Shown here piece by piece: positions 47,917 to 58,044 of a stretch of 64,000 nt of DNA (positions within the stretch are counted from its first letter, which is position 1; each line of letters starts with the position of its first letter). The position numbers and the translations under genes are program-made. This DNA comes from Actinomycetota bacterium. Lineage in GTDB: Bacteria > Actinomycetota > Actinomycetes > Nanopelagicales > Nanopelagicaceae. Under the pieces are notes generated by a model, which was given only the letters and a program-made list of their open reading frames with translations, did not search any database and was not told the origin of the DNA. Location: contig SYEK01000013.1 in assembly GCA_005800815.1 (NCBI GenBank), positions 19 to 64,018 of the forward strand. Direction: 5' to 3'.

Positions 47917-48497
47917 GCATCGGGATAGTGGCCTGTGGGGCCCTAGCCACCCATATCGGCGATATCGTAGAAGAGAACTCTCTTGATGTGGTTATCTATC
48001 CCCTTCCGCCACTTCTGCATAACCGTCCTGAAAAAATCGCAGGTGAGGTGGATGCTCTCTTACATCAGATCAAAGATAGGCACAGTATCTGTGCCGTGGC
48101 ATATGCCGACTGTGGAACGTATGGGGCTCTCGATGAGGTCATTGAGCGACACCATGTGAAGCGTCTTGATGGAAACCACTGCTATGACATCTTTGCCGGA
48201 AAGAGTGAGATAGAGCGCTTGATGGCCCAAGAGGCTGGGACCTATTTCTTGACTGATTTCCTAGTCAAATCCTTTCATCGAAGCGTCATCGTGGAGCTTG
48301 GTCTAGATAGATTCCCGCATCTTCGTGATGATTACTTCAAGAACTACACACGCATCATCTGGCTGGCCCAAGTGCGCACCCCAGAGTTGGAGTTAGCCGC
48401 TATGGAAGTGGCCAAGGAGATTGGACTCCCACTTGAGATTCAATCTGCCAGCTACAGTGCTCTTACTACACAGGTGCTAGAGCTGATCTCAAATTAA
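47913..48497 (+). CDS. DUF1638 domain-containing protein
   Basis: 194 aa, ATGA-coupled to the activase gene. The sequence pattern (ACGAL...YADCGTYGALD...NHCYD) matches DUF1638 as I recall it. Confidence 0.65.
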   Translation: MSIGIVACGALATHIGDIVEENSLDVVIYPLPPLLHNRPEKIAGEVDALLHQIKDRHSICAVAYADCGTYGALDEVIERHHVKRLDGNHCYDIFAGKSEIERLMAQEAGTYFLTDFLVKSFHRSVIVELGLDRFPHLRDDYFKNYTRIIWLAQVRTPELELAAMEVAKEIGLPLEIQSASYSALTTQVLELISN

Positions 48498-48513
48498 CAC
48501 AATGCCCGTCTAG

Positions 48514-50178
48514 CTAGAACAGGCCAACGACCTTTCCATCTACATAATCAATTCGCTCGGCCGCAGGAGTTTTAGGTAGGCCAGGCATCGTCATGACATC
48601 TCCGCAGATCATGACGATGAACTGGGCACCTGCGCAGAGTTTTACCTCGCGAATATCGATGGTGTGATCACTTGGTGCCCCTCGAAGGCTGGCATCGGTA
48701 CTGAAGGAGTACTGGGTCTTTGCCACACAGATCGGAAAGTGGCCATAACCAGATGCCTCGAACTCCTTCAACTTATTGATCACCTTGGCATCAGCGCTGA
48801 CCTGCTTTGCTCCATAGATTTTCATCGCAACGGCAGTGAGCTTCTCCCACAGACTCATACCATCCTCATAGACAAAGTTCATCTGATTCTCTTGCTCACA
48901 GAGCTCAACGACGGCATGAGCCAGATCCGCTGCTCCTGGGCCTCCATCGGCCCAGTGCGTTGCAAGAACGATCTTGACACCCATCGCCTCCACACGAGAT
49001 CGTAGAAGATCTATCTCAGCTTTGCTATCACTTGTGAAGTGATTAATCGATACGACTAAAGGCAGATTGTAGACACTCGTAATATTCTTGACATGTCGCT
49101 CCAAATTGACGATACCAGCCTCAAGGGCGGCTAAATTCTCCGTGGTGATGCTCTTGAGATCAGCGCCACCGTGATATTTGATTGCTCGCACTGTAGCAAC
49201 GAGCACACAGGCAGAGGGGCGAAGCCCCGACTTGCGACATTTGATATCGATGAATTTCTCAGCACCTAGATCGGCCCCAAAGCCAGCCTCGGTCACGACA
49301 TAATCAGCTAACTTCATAGCCGATTTTGTTGCAACGACTGAGTTACAGCCATGTGCGATATTTGCAAAGGGTCCCCCATGGATGAAGGCTGGAGTACTCT
49401 CCAGGCTTTGAACAAGATTTGGCTGAAAGGCATCTTTGAGAATGACCGTCATCGCACCCTGGGCATTGAGATCACTGGCCAAAACTGCAGTCTTATCACT
49501 CTTATAGCCAACAACAATCCTTCCAATCCTCTCTTTCAAGTCCTCAATGGATGTGGCAAGGCAGAAGATAGCCATAATCTCTGATGCAACAACGATGTCA
49601 AAGCCATCACTTCGAGGATAGCCATTACCGACGCCACCGATTGATTGAATGATTTCACGAAGAGCACGATCGTTCATATCGATAACACGCTTCCACACCA
49701 CCCGGCGAATATCGATTGCGAGCTCGTTACCGTGGTGAATATGGTTATCAAGAAGGGCTGCAAGGAGGTTGTTGGCAAGGGCTATGGCGTTGAAATCCCC
49801 AGTGAAGTGCAGATTGATATCCTCCATAGGGACAACTTGGGCAAAGCCACCACCGGCGGCCCCACCCTTCATACCAAAGACAGGACCCAGAGATGGCTCG
49901 CGCAGGGCAATCATGGCGTTTTTACCGATATGACGCAGTGCATCACCTAGGCCGACTGTGGTCGTTGTCTTTCCCTCCCCTGCAGGAGTAGGGCTGATTG
50001 CAGTAACGAGAATTAGCTTTGATCCTTTGCGCTCTGGGAGTGCATCGAGGTACTTCACATTTACCTTGGCCTTGTACCTGCCATAGGCCTCAAGATTCTC
50101 ACTATCAATCCCAAGTGCTGCAGCAATTTCGTTGATGGGCTTGATTCTTGCAGCCTGTGCAATTTCGATATCAGACAT
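48514..50178 (-). CDS. fhs: Formate--tetrahydrofolate ligase
   Basis: 554 aa. [16 protein letters not shown]-loop and full-length FTHFS family similarity. Confidence 0.95.
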   Translation of the reverse strand: MSDIEIAQAARIKPINEIAAALGIDSENLEAYGRYKAKVNVKYLDALPERKGSKLILVTAISPTPAGEGKTTTTVGLGDALRHIGKNAMIALREPSLGPVFGMKGGAAGGGFAQVVPMEDINLHFTGDFNAIALANNLLAALLDNHIHHGNELAIDIRRVVWKRVIDMNDRALREIIQSIGGVGNGYPRSDGFDIVVASEIMAIFCLATSIEDLKERIGRIVVGYKSDKTAVLASDLNAQGAMTVILKDAFQPNLVQSLESTPAFIHGGPFANIAHGCNSVVATKSAMKLADYVVTEAGFGADLGAEKFIDIKCRKSGLRPSACVLVATVRAIKYHGGADLKSITTENLAALEAGIVNLERHVKNITSVYNLPLVVSINHFTSDSKAEIDLLRSRVEAMGVKIVLATHWADGGPGAADLAHAVVELCEQENQMNFVYEDGMSLWEKLTAVAMKIYGAKQVSADAKVINKLKEFEASGYGHFPICVAKTQYSFSTDASLRGAPSDHTIDIREVKLCAGAQFIVMICGDVMTMPGLPKTPAAERIDYVDGKVVGLF

Positions 50179-50180
50179 CT

Positions 50181-51140
50181 CTATCCCTTGGCTACACGGA
50201 TTGCGCTAGTCAGTGCAGGAATGACTTGGTGCAGATCCCCGATAATCGCATAATCGGCATAACGTAGGATGGGGGCCTCAGGATCGGTATTGATGACAAC
50301 AATCGTCTTACTATTCTTCATCCCAGCGATATGTTGCATCGCCCCTGAAATTCCGGCGGCTATGTATAGATCGGGCGCAACTTTCGTACCGGTCTGACCC
50401 ACTTGCTCTGCATGCGGGCGCCATCCTGAGCTAGTCACCACGCGCGAGCATCCCACTGTCCCACCAAGAAGGGTTGCAAGCTCCTCTAAATTTCCAAAGC
50501 CATCGGGCCCTCCCACACCACGACCACCTGAGACGATGACCTTTGCATCATTGAGGCTTACTCCACCCTTTGATTCCCCAGCATCGCGGCTGAGGATCTT
50601 TACTACAGAGTCTGCCGGCTCGAGTGCAGGCTCGAACTGCACAACCGATGCGACTGGCCCACCCAATGATTGTGGCTCAGTGGAAAAACTTAGGATCGTT
50701 GCAACCAATAGTTGTGAGTGAACGAGTGCTGACTCAATCAAGTTGCCGGCCCATCGTGCCCGGAGCACGTTGTGAGGCCTGCCCAATGTGATCTCTGAAC
50801 ACTCGGCGGCCATTGGAATATCAAGGAAGGCGGCAAGGTGGGCTAACTGTTCATTGCCGCGTGGGCTTCCAGCGGCCAAGACTGCAGCCGGGTTGAGCTT
50901 TGCAACAAGATCTTTGAGTGCCCGGCCTGAGGCCATGGGTGTGTAATCACCAATTTCACTATGGGATGCAACGTGGAGCACCTTTGCCCCATATTCACCG
51001 GCGATACCAGCGAGTATTGCGCCATCGCCTCCAATGACCACTGCCTGGACATCCTGGTCTAATTTTTGAGCTGCAGTCAATGCACGCAGTGATAGAGGAT
51101 CTATCTCTCCACGATCGTGATCGATCAAAACTAGAATCAT
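50181..51140 (-). CDS. etfA: Electron transfer flavoprotein subunit alpha
   Basis: 319 aa with the C-terminal FAD-binding motif [15 protein letters not shown]. Confidence 0.9.
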   Translation of the reverse strand: MILVLIDHDRGEIDPLSLRALTAAQKLDQDVQAVVIGGDGAILAGIAGEYGAKVLHVASHSEIGDYTPMASGRALKDLVAKLNPAAVLAAGSPRGNEQLAHLAAFLDIPMAAECSEITLGRPHNVLRARWAGNLIESALVHSQLLVATILSFSTEPQSLGGPVASVVQFEPALEPADSVVKILSRDAGESKGGVSLNDAKVIVSGGRGVGGPDGFGNLEELATLLGGTVGCSRVVTSSGWRPHAEQVGQTGTKVAPDLYIAAGISGAMQHIAGMKNSKTIVVINTDPEAPILRYADYAIIGDLHQVIPALTSAIRVAKG

Positions 51141-51895
51141 CTCAGGGCTCCAATCTGCCTCAAGACATCGACTAAGGCAGGTACTGCATCTGCACCTTTT
51201 CCAAGAATCTGTGCGCTCTTATCTTTTGATGGAGCAAGGGCCAGTGTCACTTTTTCCAGCTTGGGGACACGCACCTCAGCTTTTTTCATATCTACAATCT
51301 TTTTTCGTGCCTGCATTCGTCCTGGTACCGAAGGGTAACGGGGGATATTCAGGCCATCTCGCACGGTGACAATCGCCGGAAGCGGAGCCTGATAACGCTC
51401 ACGCCCGTTTGCAACGACACGATCACACGTGACCCTTCCATTCTCAACTTTCATAGATTTTACATTCGTGACGATGGGTAGAGCCAAGGCATGAGCCATA
51501 CGAATATGGATTTGATAACCTGCACTATCTGCCGACTCTGCACCAAAAATAATCAGATCGAACTTCGTCTCCTCAGCCTTGATCGCATCCACCAAGGCAG
51601 CTGCCGTCCCCTGCGGATCCCACTCTTGCCCATCAGTCTCAATGAGCACTGCGCGTGTAGCACCGATCGCCAATTGAGAGCGCAACTGCTCTTCAGCCTC
51701 ACTTGGGCCAAGAGTCAAAAGAGTAAGAGTGCCACCCATCTGCTCGACTAACTGAACTCCAGCTTCAACAGCGTTCTCCTCATGTGGACTGATACCAAAA
51801 CCCAGATGTTTAGTCTCGATATCACGTGCATCTGGGGTAAGGATCAGAGTTCCTCCTGCGAGAGGGACTCTTTTCAAGCAGACAAGAACATCCAT
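51137..51895 (-). CDS. etfB: Electron transfer flavoprotein subunit beta
   Basis: 252 aa. MDVLVCLKRV... ETF beta pattern. ATGA overlap with etfA. Confidence 0.9.
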   Translation of the reverse strand: MDVLVCLKRVPLAGGTLILTPDARDIETKHLGFGISPHEENAVEAGVQLVEQMGGTLTLLTLGPSEAEEQLRSQLAIGATRAVLIETDGQEWDPQGTAAALVDAIKAEETKFDLIIFGAESADSAGYQIHIRMAHALALPIVTNVKSMKVENGRVTCDRVVANGRERYQAPLPAIVTVRDGLNIPRYPSVPGRMQARKKIVDMKKAEVRVPKLEKVTLALAPSKDKSAQILGKGADAVPALVDVLRQIGALR

Positions 51896-54414
51896 TAGGC
51901 CATAATCCGTTCATTTGAGGGATCAAAGACCGATGTGGCACCGACCTCGGTGATCGAGCACGGGTAGTGCTCGCCCAGATACTCCACGAGGAACTTGTTA
52001 CCGGCAACGGCGAGCTGTGTGGGAAGGTAGGACATCAAAATATGCTTACCCAGAGATGGTGCAGATCCGGCACTTGTGACATATGAGCGGCGACCATGAG
52101 CATCGATAATCGGCTGCTTATCCAAAGTCAGGATCGGTTCATTACCCATCATGTAGCGCTTCTCCCCACTCGATGATCTGTGATCATCAACAAATAGCGT
52201 ACAGAGCATCGTGACGGGTTTTTCACTGCGATGCTTGATATGTGCGGCTTTGCCGATAAAGTCGGCCTCTTTCAACTTAGGCGATTGCATCCCGGCCTCG
52301 ATGACTGTGTACTCGGTCTCAAGCTCTGGACCATAGGCGCGATAGCACTTCTCAAGTCGACCCGTTGTGCCATAGACACCAATTCCGACTGGGATCATCT
52401 CGTGTGCCCTTCCAGCCTCCCATAACATCTGCCATAACCTTGCGCCCTGTTCGATTGGGATATAGAACTCCCAGCCAAGATCTCCGACATAAGAGATACG
52501 TGATGCCAGGAGGCGTAGTGGACCTATCTCGATTACTTTGCAGGTGCTGAACTTGAATGCCTCATGGTTCATATCATTTGTGGTGATGGATTGGATGATC
52601 TGACGGGCTTTAGGACCCCAGAGTCCAATCGTTGTGTAACTCGATGTCAGGTCTGAGATCTGTGCAGAGCCATCTTCGGGTAATAGGTCTTTGAACCACT
52701 TCTTATCGGCCATTCCATGGGCCCCACCCGTGACCACACGGAAATGGTTGGTATCTAGGCGCATGATCGTAAGATCCGATTTGAATCCACCATTGGGACC
52801 TAATACAGGTGTGTAGACCACTCGTCCGATTGCAACATCCATCTGACGTAGCGCGGCTCTCTGGACGAGGGCCAGGGCCGATGGTCCAGTCACATCAAAG
52901 ATGGTGAAGGCCGAAAGATCCACGATCCCTGCACTCTCACGCATTTGAAGGTGCTCTGCATTGATAATCGGTGACCACCAACGTGACTCCCATTCAGCAG
53001 TGCGTGGCATCACTTTGTCACCAAACTTTGCCAGCAGATTCTTATTTGATTCATACCAAAATGGACGCTCCCAGCCAGCGGTCTCATAGAAGACAGCACC
53101 AAGCTCTTTCTCTAATTCATAGAATGGGGAGAGACGGACATTTCGATTGGATGCATACTGCTCGAGTGGGTGCACAATCCCGTAAGTCTTGTTGAAGCTC
53201 TCATTGACACGTGATTTGATGTGGAACTGCGCCTTCTGGTGCTCATGAAAGCGTGCGATATTTGATGCATGCAGGTCGATGTGTGAATCACCAAGGACCA
53301 TCCACTCAGCTACCGACTTTGAGGTTCCTGGGCCCTCTTTGATCCAAACAGCGGCTACCGACCATAGCCCCTTGACCTCCGGAGTCTCTCCAAGAATCGG
53401 CATCCCATCGGGGGTGTACGAGAGAATTCCATTGCATGCATATTTTTCGCGAACATTCTCATCGCCAACGATTGAGGGCATGAGCTCGTAAGAGTGCTCA
53501 TCTTGAATATCAAAATCTGCTTGAGTGAAGGCAAACTCCGTTGGAGACAAGGTTGCTGTGGCGTTGGAAGGGATATCTTCGGGAGTGTAGAGGATCGGAC
53601 GGTGAGCATAAGATCCGATCTCAAGTCCAGTCCCGTGTTGGCGCTCATACATGAATACATCCATATCACGCACAATCGGCCACTCGATATCCCCCTTGGT
53701 TTGGGCAAAGAAAGGCACGGGCCCAATATCTTTCATCTGGTGCACTGCAGGAGTCAATGGAATATGCGCCCCAGCCATGGCTGCAAGCTTGGGTGACCAG
53801 CATCCAGTTGCAATCACCACATAATCTGCCTCGATGGTGCCTTGATCGGTCACAACCCCAGTGACTCGGCCGTTAGCAACAGAGATATCTACTACTTCAA
53901 TATTTGCAAAGGACTGGGCAGCTCCCATCTGTGCAGCCTCTTCACGCATCAGAGTTCCCGTGCGCAGTGAGTCAACAACGCCTACCGTGGGCTGGTAATA
54001 ACCCCCCAAGATGATCTTCTCGTCAATGTAGGGAACTAACTCTTTGACCTGAGCAGGTGTGAGGATGCGAGCGCCCTCAACGCCCCATGACTTTGCCGAT
54101 GTTATACGTCGGGCGAGCTCTTGCATGCGCTCGGGTGTACGAGCAACTTCAATTCCACCTGACTGGGTAAATGTCCCAAACTCTCTATATTGGCGCATAC
54201 TCTCAGCCGTAATTGCTGTCATCTCTTTCGAATGATCAACTGGAAATATAAAGTTTGAAGCGTGTCCTGTAGATCCGCCAGGGTTTGGCAGGGGTCCCTT
54301 ATCAATCTGGACGATATCTTTCCAACCTAGTTTAGCAAGGTGATAGACCATGCCATTTCCGACGATACCTGCGCCGATGACTACACACTTTGCCTTTGTT
54401 GGTAACTTGCTCAT
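51895..54414 (-). CDS. Dimethylglycine/sarcosine dehydrogenase family protein (FAD DAO domain plus GcvT folate-binding domain)
   Basis: 839 aa. VIGAGIVG, the covalent-FAD His context STGHASN, and C-terminal aminomethyltransferase domains. Confidence 0.85.
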   Translation of the reverse strand: MSKLPTKAKCVVIGAGIVGNGMVYHLAKLGWKDIVQIDKGPLPNPGGSTGHASNFIFPVDHSKEMTAITAESMRQYREFGTFTQSGGIEVARTPERMQELARRITSAKSWGVEGARILTPAQVKELVPYIDEKIILGGYYQPTVGVVDSLRTGTLMREEAAQMGAAQSFANIEVVDISVANGRVTGVVTDQGTIEADYVVIATGCWSPKLAAMAGAHIPLTPAVHQMKDIGPVPFFAQTKGDIEWPIVRDMDVFMYERQHGTGLEIGSYAHRPILYTPEDIPSNATATLSPTEFAFTQADFDIQDEHSYELMPSIVGDENVREKYACNGILSYTPDGMPILGETPEVKGLWSVAAVWIKEGPGTSKSVAEWMVLGDSHIDLHASNIARFHEHQKAQFHIKSRVNESFNKTYGIVHPLEQYASNRNVRLSPFYELEKELGAVFYETAGWERPFWYESNKNLLAKFGDKVMPRTAEWESRWWSPIINAEHLQMRESAGIVDLSAFTIFDVTGPSALALVQRAALRQMDVAIGRVVYTPVLGPNGGFKSDLTIMRLDTNHFRVVTGGAHGMADKKWFKDLLPEDGSAQISDLTSSYTTIGLWGPKARQIIQSITTNDMNHEAFKFSTCKVIEIGPLRLLASRISYVGDLGWEFYIPIEQGARLWQMLWEAGRAHEMIPVGIGVYGTTGRLEKCYRAYGPELETEYTVIEAGMQSPKLKEADFIGKAAHIKHRSEKPVTMLCTLFVDDHRSSSGEKRYMMGNEPILTLDKQPIIDAHGRRSYVTSAGSAPSLGKHILMSYLPTQLAVAGNKFLVEYLGEHYPCSITEVGATSVFDPSNERIMA

Positions 54415-54447
54415 ATCTGTGTTCCTCGTTCTTTTTTTAGTGGTGGA

Positions 54448-55110
54448 TTATAAGGATTTCCGAATCGATGCTTCAAAGCCCTCAATGTGATCACGCATCG
54501 CCTTTGCCGCGGCCTTAGCATCGGCGCTGGCGATTGCCTCTAGTAGCACCTGATGTTCAATGACAGCCTCAGTCAAACCCGCGACGCGCTCAAGTGCTAA
54601 GAACCAGATTCGTAACGCATGTGCATAATAATTATCTAAAGCGGCAGCCAGAAAGTCATTGTGAGTGCACTGATAGATGTGATGATGAATCCGCTGATCA
54701 AGACCGATCAGTGTGGCCATATCAAGATTGCCCTTGAGAGCCTTTATCTCGGCAATAAGAGCCTGGGTGATAATGTGATCTGCTGCGCTCGATCGTGTGG
54801 CCGCAAGTTCGGCTGCTTTGATCTCAAGGACTGCCCGCGTCTCAGAGAGTGCAGAGAGATTGTGCACATCCACGCGAGAGACGAACATTCCACGACGTGG
54901 ATAGACCTCGACTAACTTCTCATTTGCAAGCAGGCGCAACGCCTCACGAATGGGGGTACGACCCACTCCGAGTGTGCTGATCAACTCACTCTCACTAATG
55001 AGAGAGCCGGGCTCAAGCTCTAAGGTGATGATCATGGAGCGAATCTGGCTGTAGGCCTGCTCTGAGAGCGAGGAGCTCTCACGGCCAAGAATGGGGATGA
55101 CCTGACTCAT
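54448..55110 (-). CDS. GntR family (FadR/FCD subfamily) transcriptional regulator
   Basis: 220 aa with a wHTH (GVGRTPIREALRLLANEKLV) and an FCD domain. Confidence 0.85.
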   Translation of the reverse strand: MSQVIPILGRESSSLSEQAYSQIRSMIITLELEPGSLISESELISTLGVGRTPIREALRLLANEKLVEVYPRRGMFVSRVDVHNLSALSETRAVLEIKAAELAATRSSAADHIITQALIAEIKALKGNLDMATLIGLDQRIHHHIYQCTHNDFLAAALDNYYAHALRIWFLALERVAGLTEAVIEHQVLLEAIASADAKAAAKAMRDHIEGFEASIRKSL

Positions 55111-55118
55111 GGAGGAGA

Positions 55119-55138
55119 TGATATATCAGTGATATACA
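55119..55138. promoter_or_regulatory. Candidate GntR operator / promoter element: perfect 10-bp palindrome TGATATATCA followed by GTGATATACA
   Basis: It lies 9 nt upstream of the GntR ATG. On the coding strand a TATCAT hexamer ends 7 nt before the ATG and there is no Shine-Dalgarno sequence. Confidence 0.35.
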
Positions 55139-55165
55139 GATTGATAGCCCGTGGGGCCCTAGCTC

Positions 55166-55900
55166 CTAGGCCAGATAGTACTTATGAAAGAGCCAGAGAG
55201 ATGCTCCCAGGCCCACGACAATGATCAGTAAGCGATAGAGCAGGTGAGGAAGATGCCCAGCCAAGCGCCCGCCACCTGTTCCCCCAATACTTGCACCAAG
55301 CAACAGGGCGATCACAAATGGCCAATCGGCACGCCCGCTGAAGATATAAATGAAGTTTGAGACCAGAGAGGTGCCACCAACGATGAGATTTTTGGCAGTG
55401 TTGAGAGTTTGAGGATCCCGGCGAGTGTCTCGCGCCAGAGCTGCAATAACCATCACTCCCTGGCCTGGGCCAAAGTATCCACAGTAGAGCCCACTTGCTC
55501 CAATTCCCACTTGTTCAACGAGCTGGTGGTGGGCACCACGGACGGGTTTAGCTTTGATGAGGAAAGATAGACTGGCAAAGAGAAGTAGGAAGGGCACCAT
55601 CTTTTCAAAGACACCTGGTGGAACTGTGAGTAAAAGGACTGCTCCGATCGATGCGCTAATGATAGAGATAAAAATGAGTTTTCTATACTCTTGAAAAAAC
55701 GAGCGTATCTCATCTCGCACTGGAATAAGAGCAAAAAAATTTGCCGGGGTTACACCCAGGGCATTTGTGATTGCAGCATTGACCGGCGACATTCCTGTGG
55801 CGAGCAAAACTGGATAAGAGATGACTGATGCTCCCCCTGCCATTCCATTTATTGCACCTACAAGTATGCCTACAGCAAAGATAAGTAGATACTCAACCAC
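55166..55900 (-). CDS. TauE/SafE family sulfite/anion exporter
   Basis: 244 aa, polytopic, with TauE-type duplicated 4-TM repeats. Confidence 0.75.
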   Translation of the reverse strand: MVEYLLIFAVGILVGAINGMAGGASVISYPVLLATGMSPVNAAITNALGVTPANFFALIPVRDEIRSFFQEYRKLIFISIISASIGAVLLLTVPPGVFEKMVPFLLLFASLSFLIKAKPVRGAHHQLVEQVGIGASGLYCGYFGPGQGVMVIAALARDTRRDPQTLNTAKNLIVGGTSLVSNFIYIFSGRADWPFVIALLLGASIGGTGGGRLAGHLPHLLYRLLIIVVGLGASLWLFHKYYLA

Positions 55901-55971
55901 AAGGCAAGTATACGTGAGTTTTTTGAATAAGTGGTGAGATAAATACTTTATTATTGGTTAGACTTTGCGCC

Positions 55972-57528
55972 ATGGCCTATATCAGGGGTGAAGCGAATGC
56001 TTTAGGATGGCGCAACCTTGTCAAGGATAAGGATAAATCTCATATCGGACATGAGTTTCCGCAAGTAAGCACTCCTCTGCTTGTCATGCATCACCTATCA
56101 GATCTGCATGTATGTGATGCCCAGTCACCCACGCGTCCGGAGCATCTAGATCGATGGGCCGATCCTGATAGCCCCATCCGTGAGAAAGTAGGAACTATCG
56201 GTACCTATCGACCACACTCGATGCTCTCACCACATGTTGTCGAGGCGATGATCCAATCTCTCAATACCATTACCGTTGGCCCACTATCGGGGTATCCCAT
56301 TGATGGTGCGATTATTACGGGAGATACGACTGATAACGCCCAGTTAAATGAAGTCAGCTGGTACTTAGCCTTATTAGATGGTTTGGAGTTTCGCCCTGAC
56401 TCGGGAGATCACAACACGTATGAGGGTGTTATAGATGATGGGGCAGGACATTACGACACACGTTACTGGCACCCCCATGGCACCCCGGTGGGAAAAAAAG
56501 ATGATGACGCGCGGGCCAAATATGGCTTTCCTGTAGTGCCCAATCTTTTGAACTCCTGCCGCAGAGCTTTCAAAGCTACAGGGCTGAGATTCCCTTGGTA
56601 TGCAGTGCATGGCAATCACGATGCTCTACTGCAAGGCACGGTCGCCCCTGAGCCGCAGATAAATTCAGAGCTCATCGCTGGTAAACGCTACGTCGGGCTG
56701 CCAACGAATGTAAGTCTTGAGGATGTACTGAGCAATTTTCAGGAGGTCGGACCTGCAAGTTATCCTGCATCTAGCGATGCGCCCTTCATAGAAGTCACTG
56801 CGGATTTAGAACGACGTGCAGTTGAGCGCGGCGAATACGCTGCAATGCACCTTGCATCCCCTGGTCTACCCAAGGGTCATGGCTTTACCCAAGCTCACGT
56901 TGAAAATAAACATATGTATTATTCAACTCATGTTGGAGCAGTCAAACTCATTGTGATAGATAGTGTCAATCACTTTGGGGGTTGGCAGGGCTCTCTTGAT
57001 GTCGAACAGTTTGAGTGGCTCGAAGGCGAGATTGCCGATAGCAACAGACTAGTCGTTCTGGCCTCCCACCATCCATTAAGCACCATGTTCAATGATTATG
57101 CTCCAATTGGAAGACGCGTCTGTATCAAAGAGATACGAGGGATGCTCCTGAAATATCCACAACTCATCGCTTGGTTTGCTGGGCATGAACACCGCCATCA
57201 TATTGAGTGGGTCGGAACCAAGGAGGAGGTCGATGGATTTTGGCACATAGAGACCGCCTCCCATGCCGATTGGCCGCAGCAGTCACGCACAATCGAGATC
57301 GTGAGCGATTCTTCGGGTGATATTTACTTTGGACTCAGTGTCATCGATCACGCAGGTGGCATAGATTATGGTGATGCTATAACTCCTGTTGAAATAGCGG
57401 GGCTGTCTCGGGTAATTAGTGCCAATGTCTGGCAAAAGCGATCAGAGCTTGGCGCTAAGCACGATGTGAGTTGGGCCGATGGACAGGCAAAAGATCGCAA
57501 CGTAATTCTCAAAATTAGTAAACGTTAA
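55972..57528 (+). CDS. Metallophosphoesterase (calcineurin-like; large actinobacterial-type)
   Basis: ORF from 55954, likely ATG at 55972. Motifs SDLHV, GDTTDN, GNHD, SHHP, GHEHRH. Confidence 0.75.
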   Translation: MAYIRGEANALGWRNLVKDKDKSHIGHEFPQVSTPLLVMHHLSDLHVCDAQSPTRPEHLDRWADPDSPIREKVGTIGTYRPHSMLSPHVVEAMIQSLNTITVGPLSGYPIDGAIITGDTTDNAQLNEVSWYLALLDGLEFRPDSGDHNTYEGVIDDGAGHYDTRYWHPHGTPVGKKDDDARAKYGFPVVPNLLNSCRRAFKATGLRFPWYAVHGNHDALLQGTVAPEPQINSELIAGKRYVGLPTNVSLEDVLSNFQEVGPASYPASSDAPFIEVTADLERRAVERGEYAAMHLASPGLPKGHGFTQAHVENKHMYYSTHVGAVKLIVIDSVNHFGGWQGSLDVEQFEWLEGEIADSNRLVVLASHHPLSTMFNDYAPIGRRVCIKEIRGMLLKYPQLIAWFAGHEHRHHIEWVGTKEEVDGFWHIETASHADWPQQSRTIEIVSDSSGDIYFGLSVIDHAGGIDYGDAITPVEIAGLSRVISANVWQKRSELGAKHDVSWADGQAKDRNVILKISKR

Positions 57529-57983
57529 TCTCCCGAGTGCTTTTTTGTTTTTTCAATGACATGTGTCGAGCGCAAAACAGTTAATATGATCAGGGTCAGA
57601 CCAGCACCAAGAAGTTGAAAACCAAGACCCACTGCAACGCCAACTGCCGCTGCGGCAAAGACAGTTGCCGCTGTAGTGACACCTTGAATTCCAGATGCCT
57701 GCTTATCAGTAAAGATTAAGCCAGCACCAAGAAAGCCAATTCCAGTCATGATGGCATGCAGGGCTCGAGTGGGATCTCCAAATTCAGCTTGGGCCCCAAC
57801 GACTGCTCCTATCCCCACAATGGCCGCTGATGCGGTTCCAACCAAAGCCATAGTGCGTGGACCGGCTGATTTGCCTGCACGATCTCGCTCCCAGCCGATC
57901 AAAGAACCTAATACTGCTGCAATAAATGAGTTTATCATTACGGAAAACTGCTGCCACGCATCGATTGTCTCTAGAGAAAGCAT
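57525..57983 (-). CDS. MgtC/SapB family membrane protein
   Basis: 152 aa with the GWERDRAGKSAGPRT motif. Confidence 0.8.
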   Translation of the reverse strand: MLSLETIDAWQQFSVMINSFIAAVLGSLIGWERDRAGKSAGPRTMALVGTASAAIVGIGAVVGAQAEFGDPTRALHAIMTGIGFLGAGLIFTDKQASGIQGVTTAATVFAAAAVGVAVGLGFQLLGAGLTLIILTVLRSTHVIEKTKKHSGD

Positions 57984-58044
57984 TTGGTTATGTTACAACT
58001 CTTTAACGTTAAAAGCCAGAATTTCACCATGTAGAGTATGTGTT

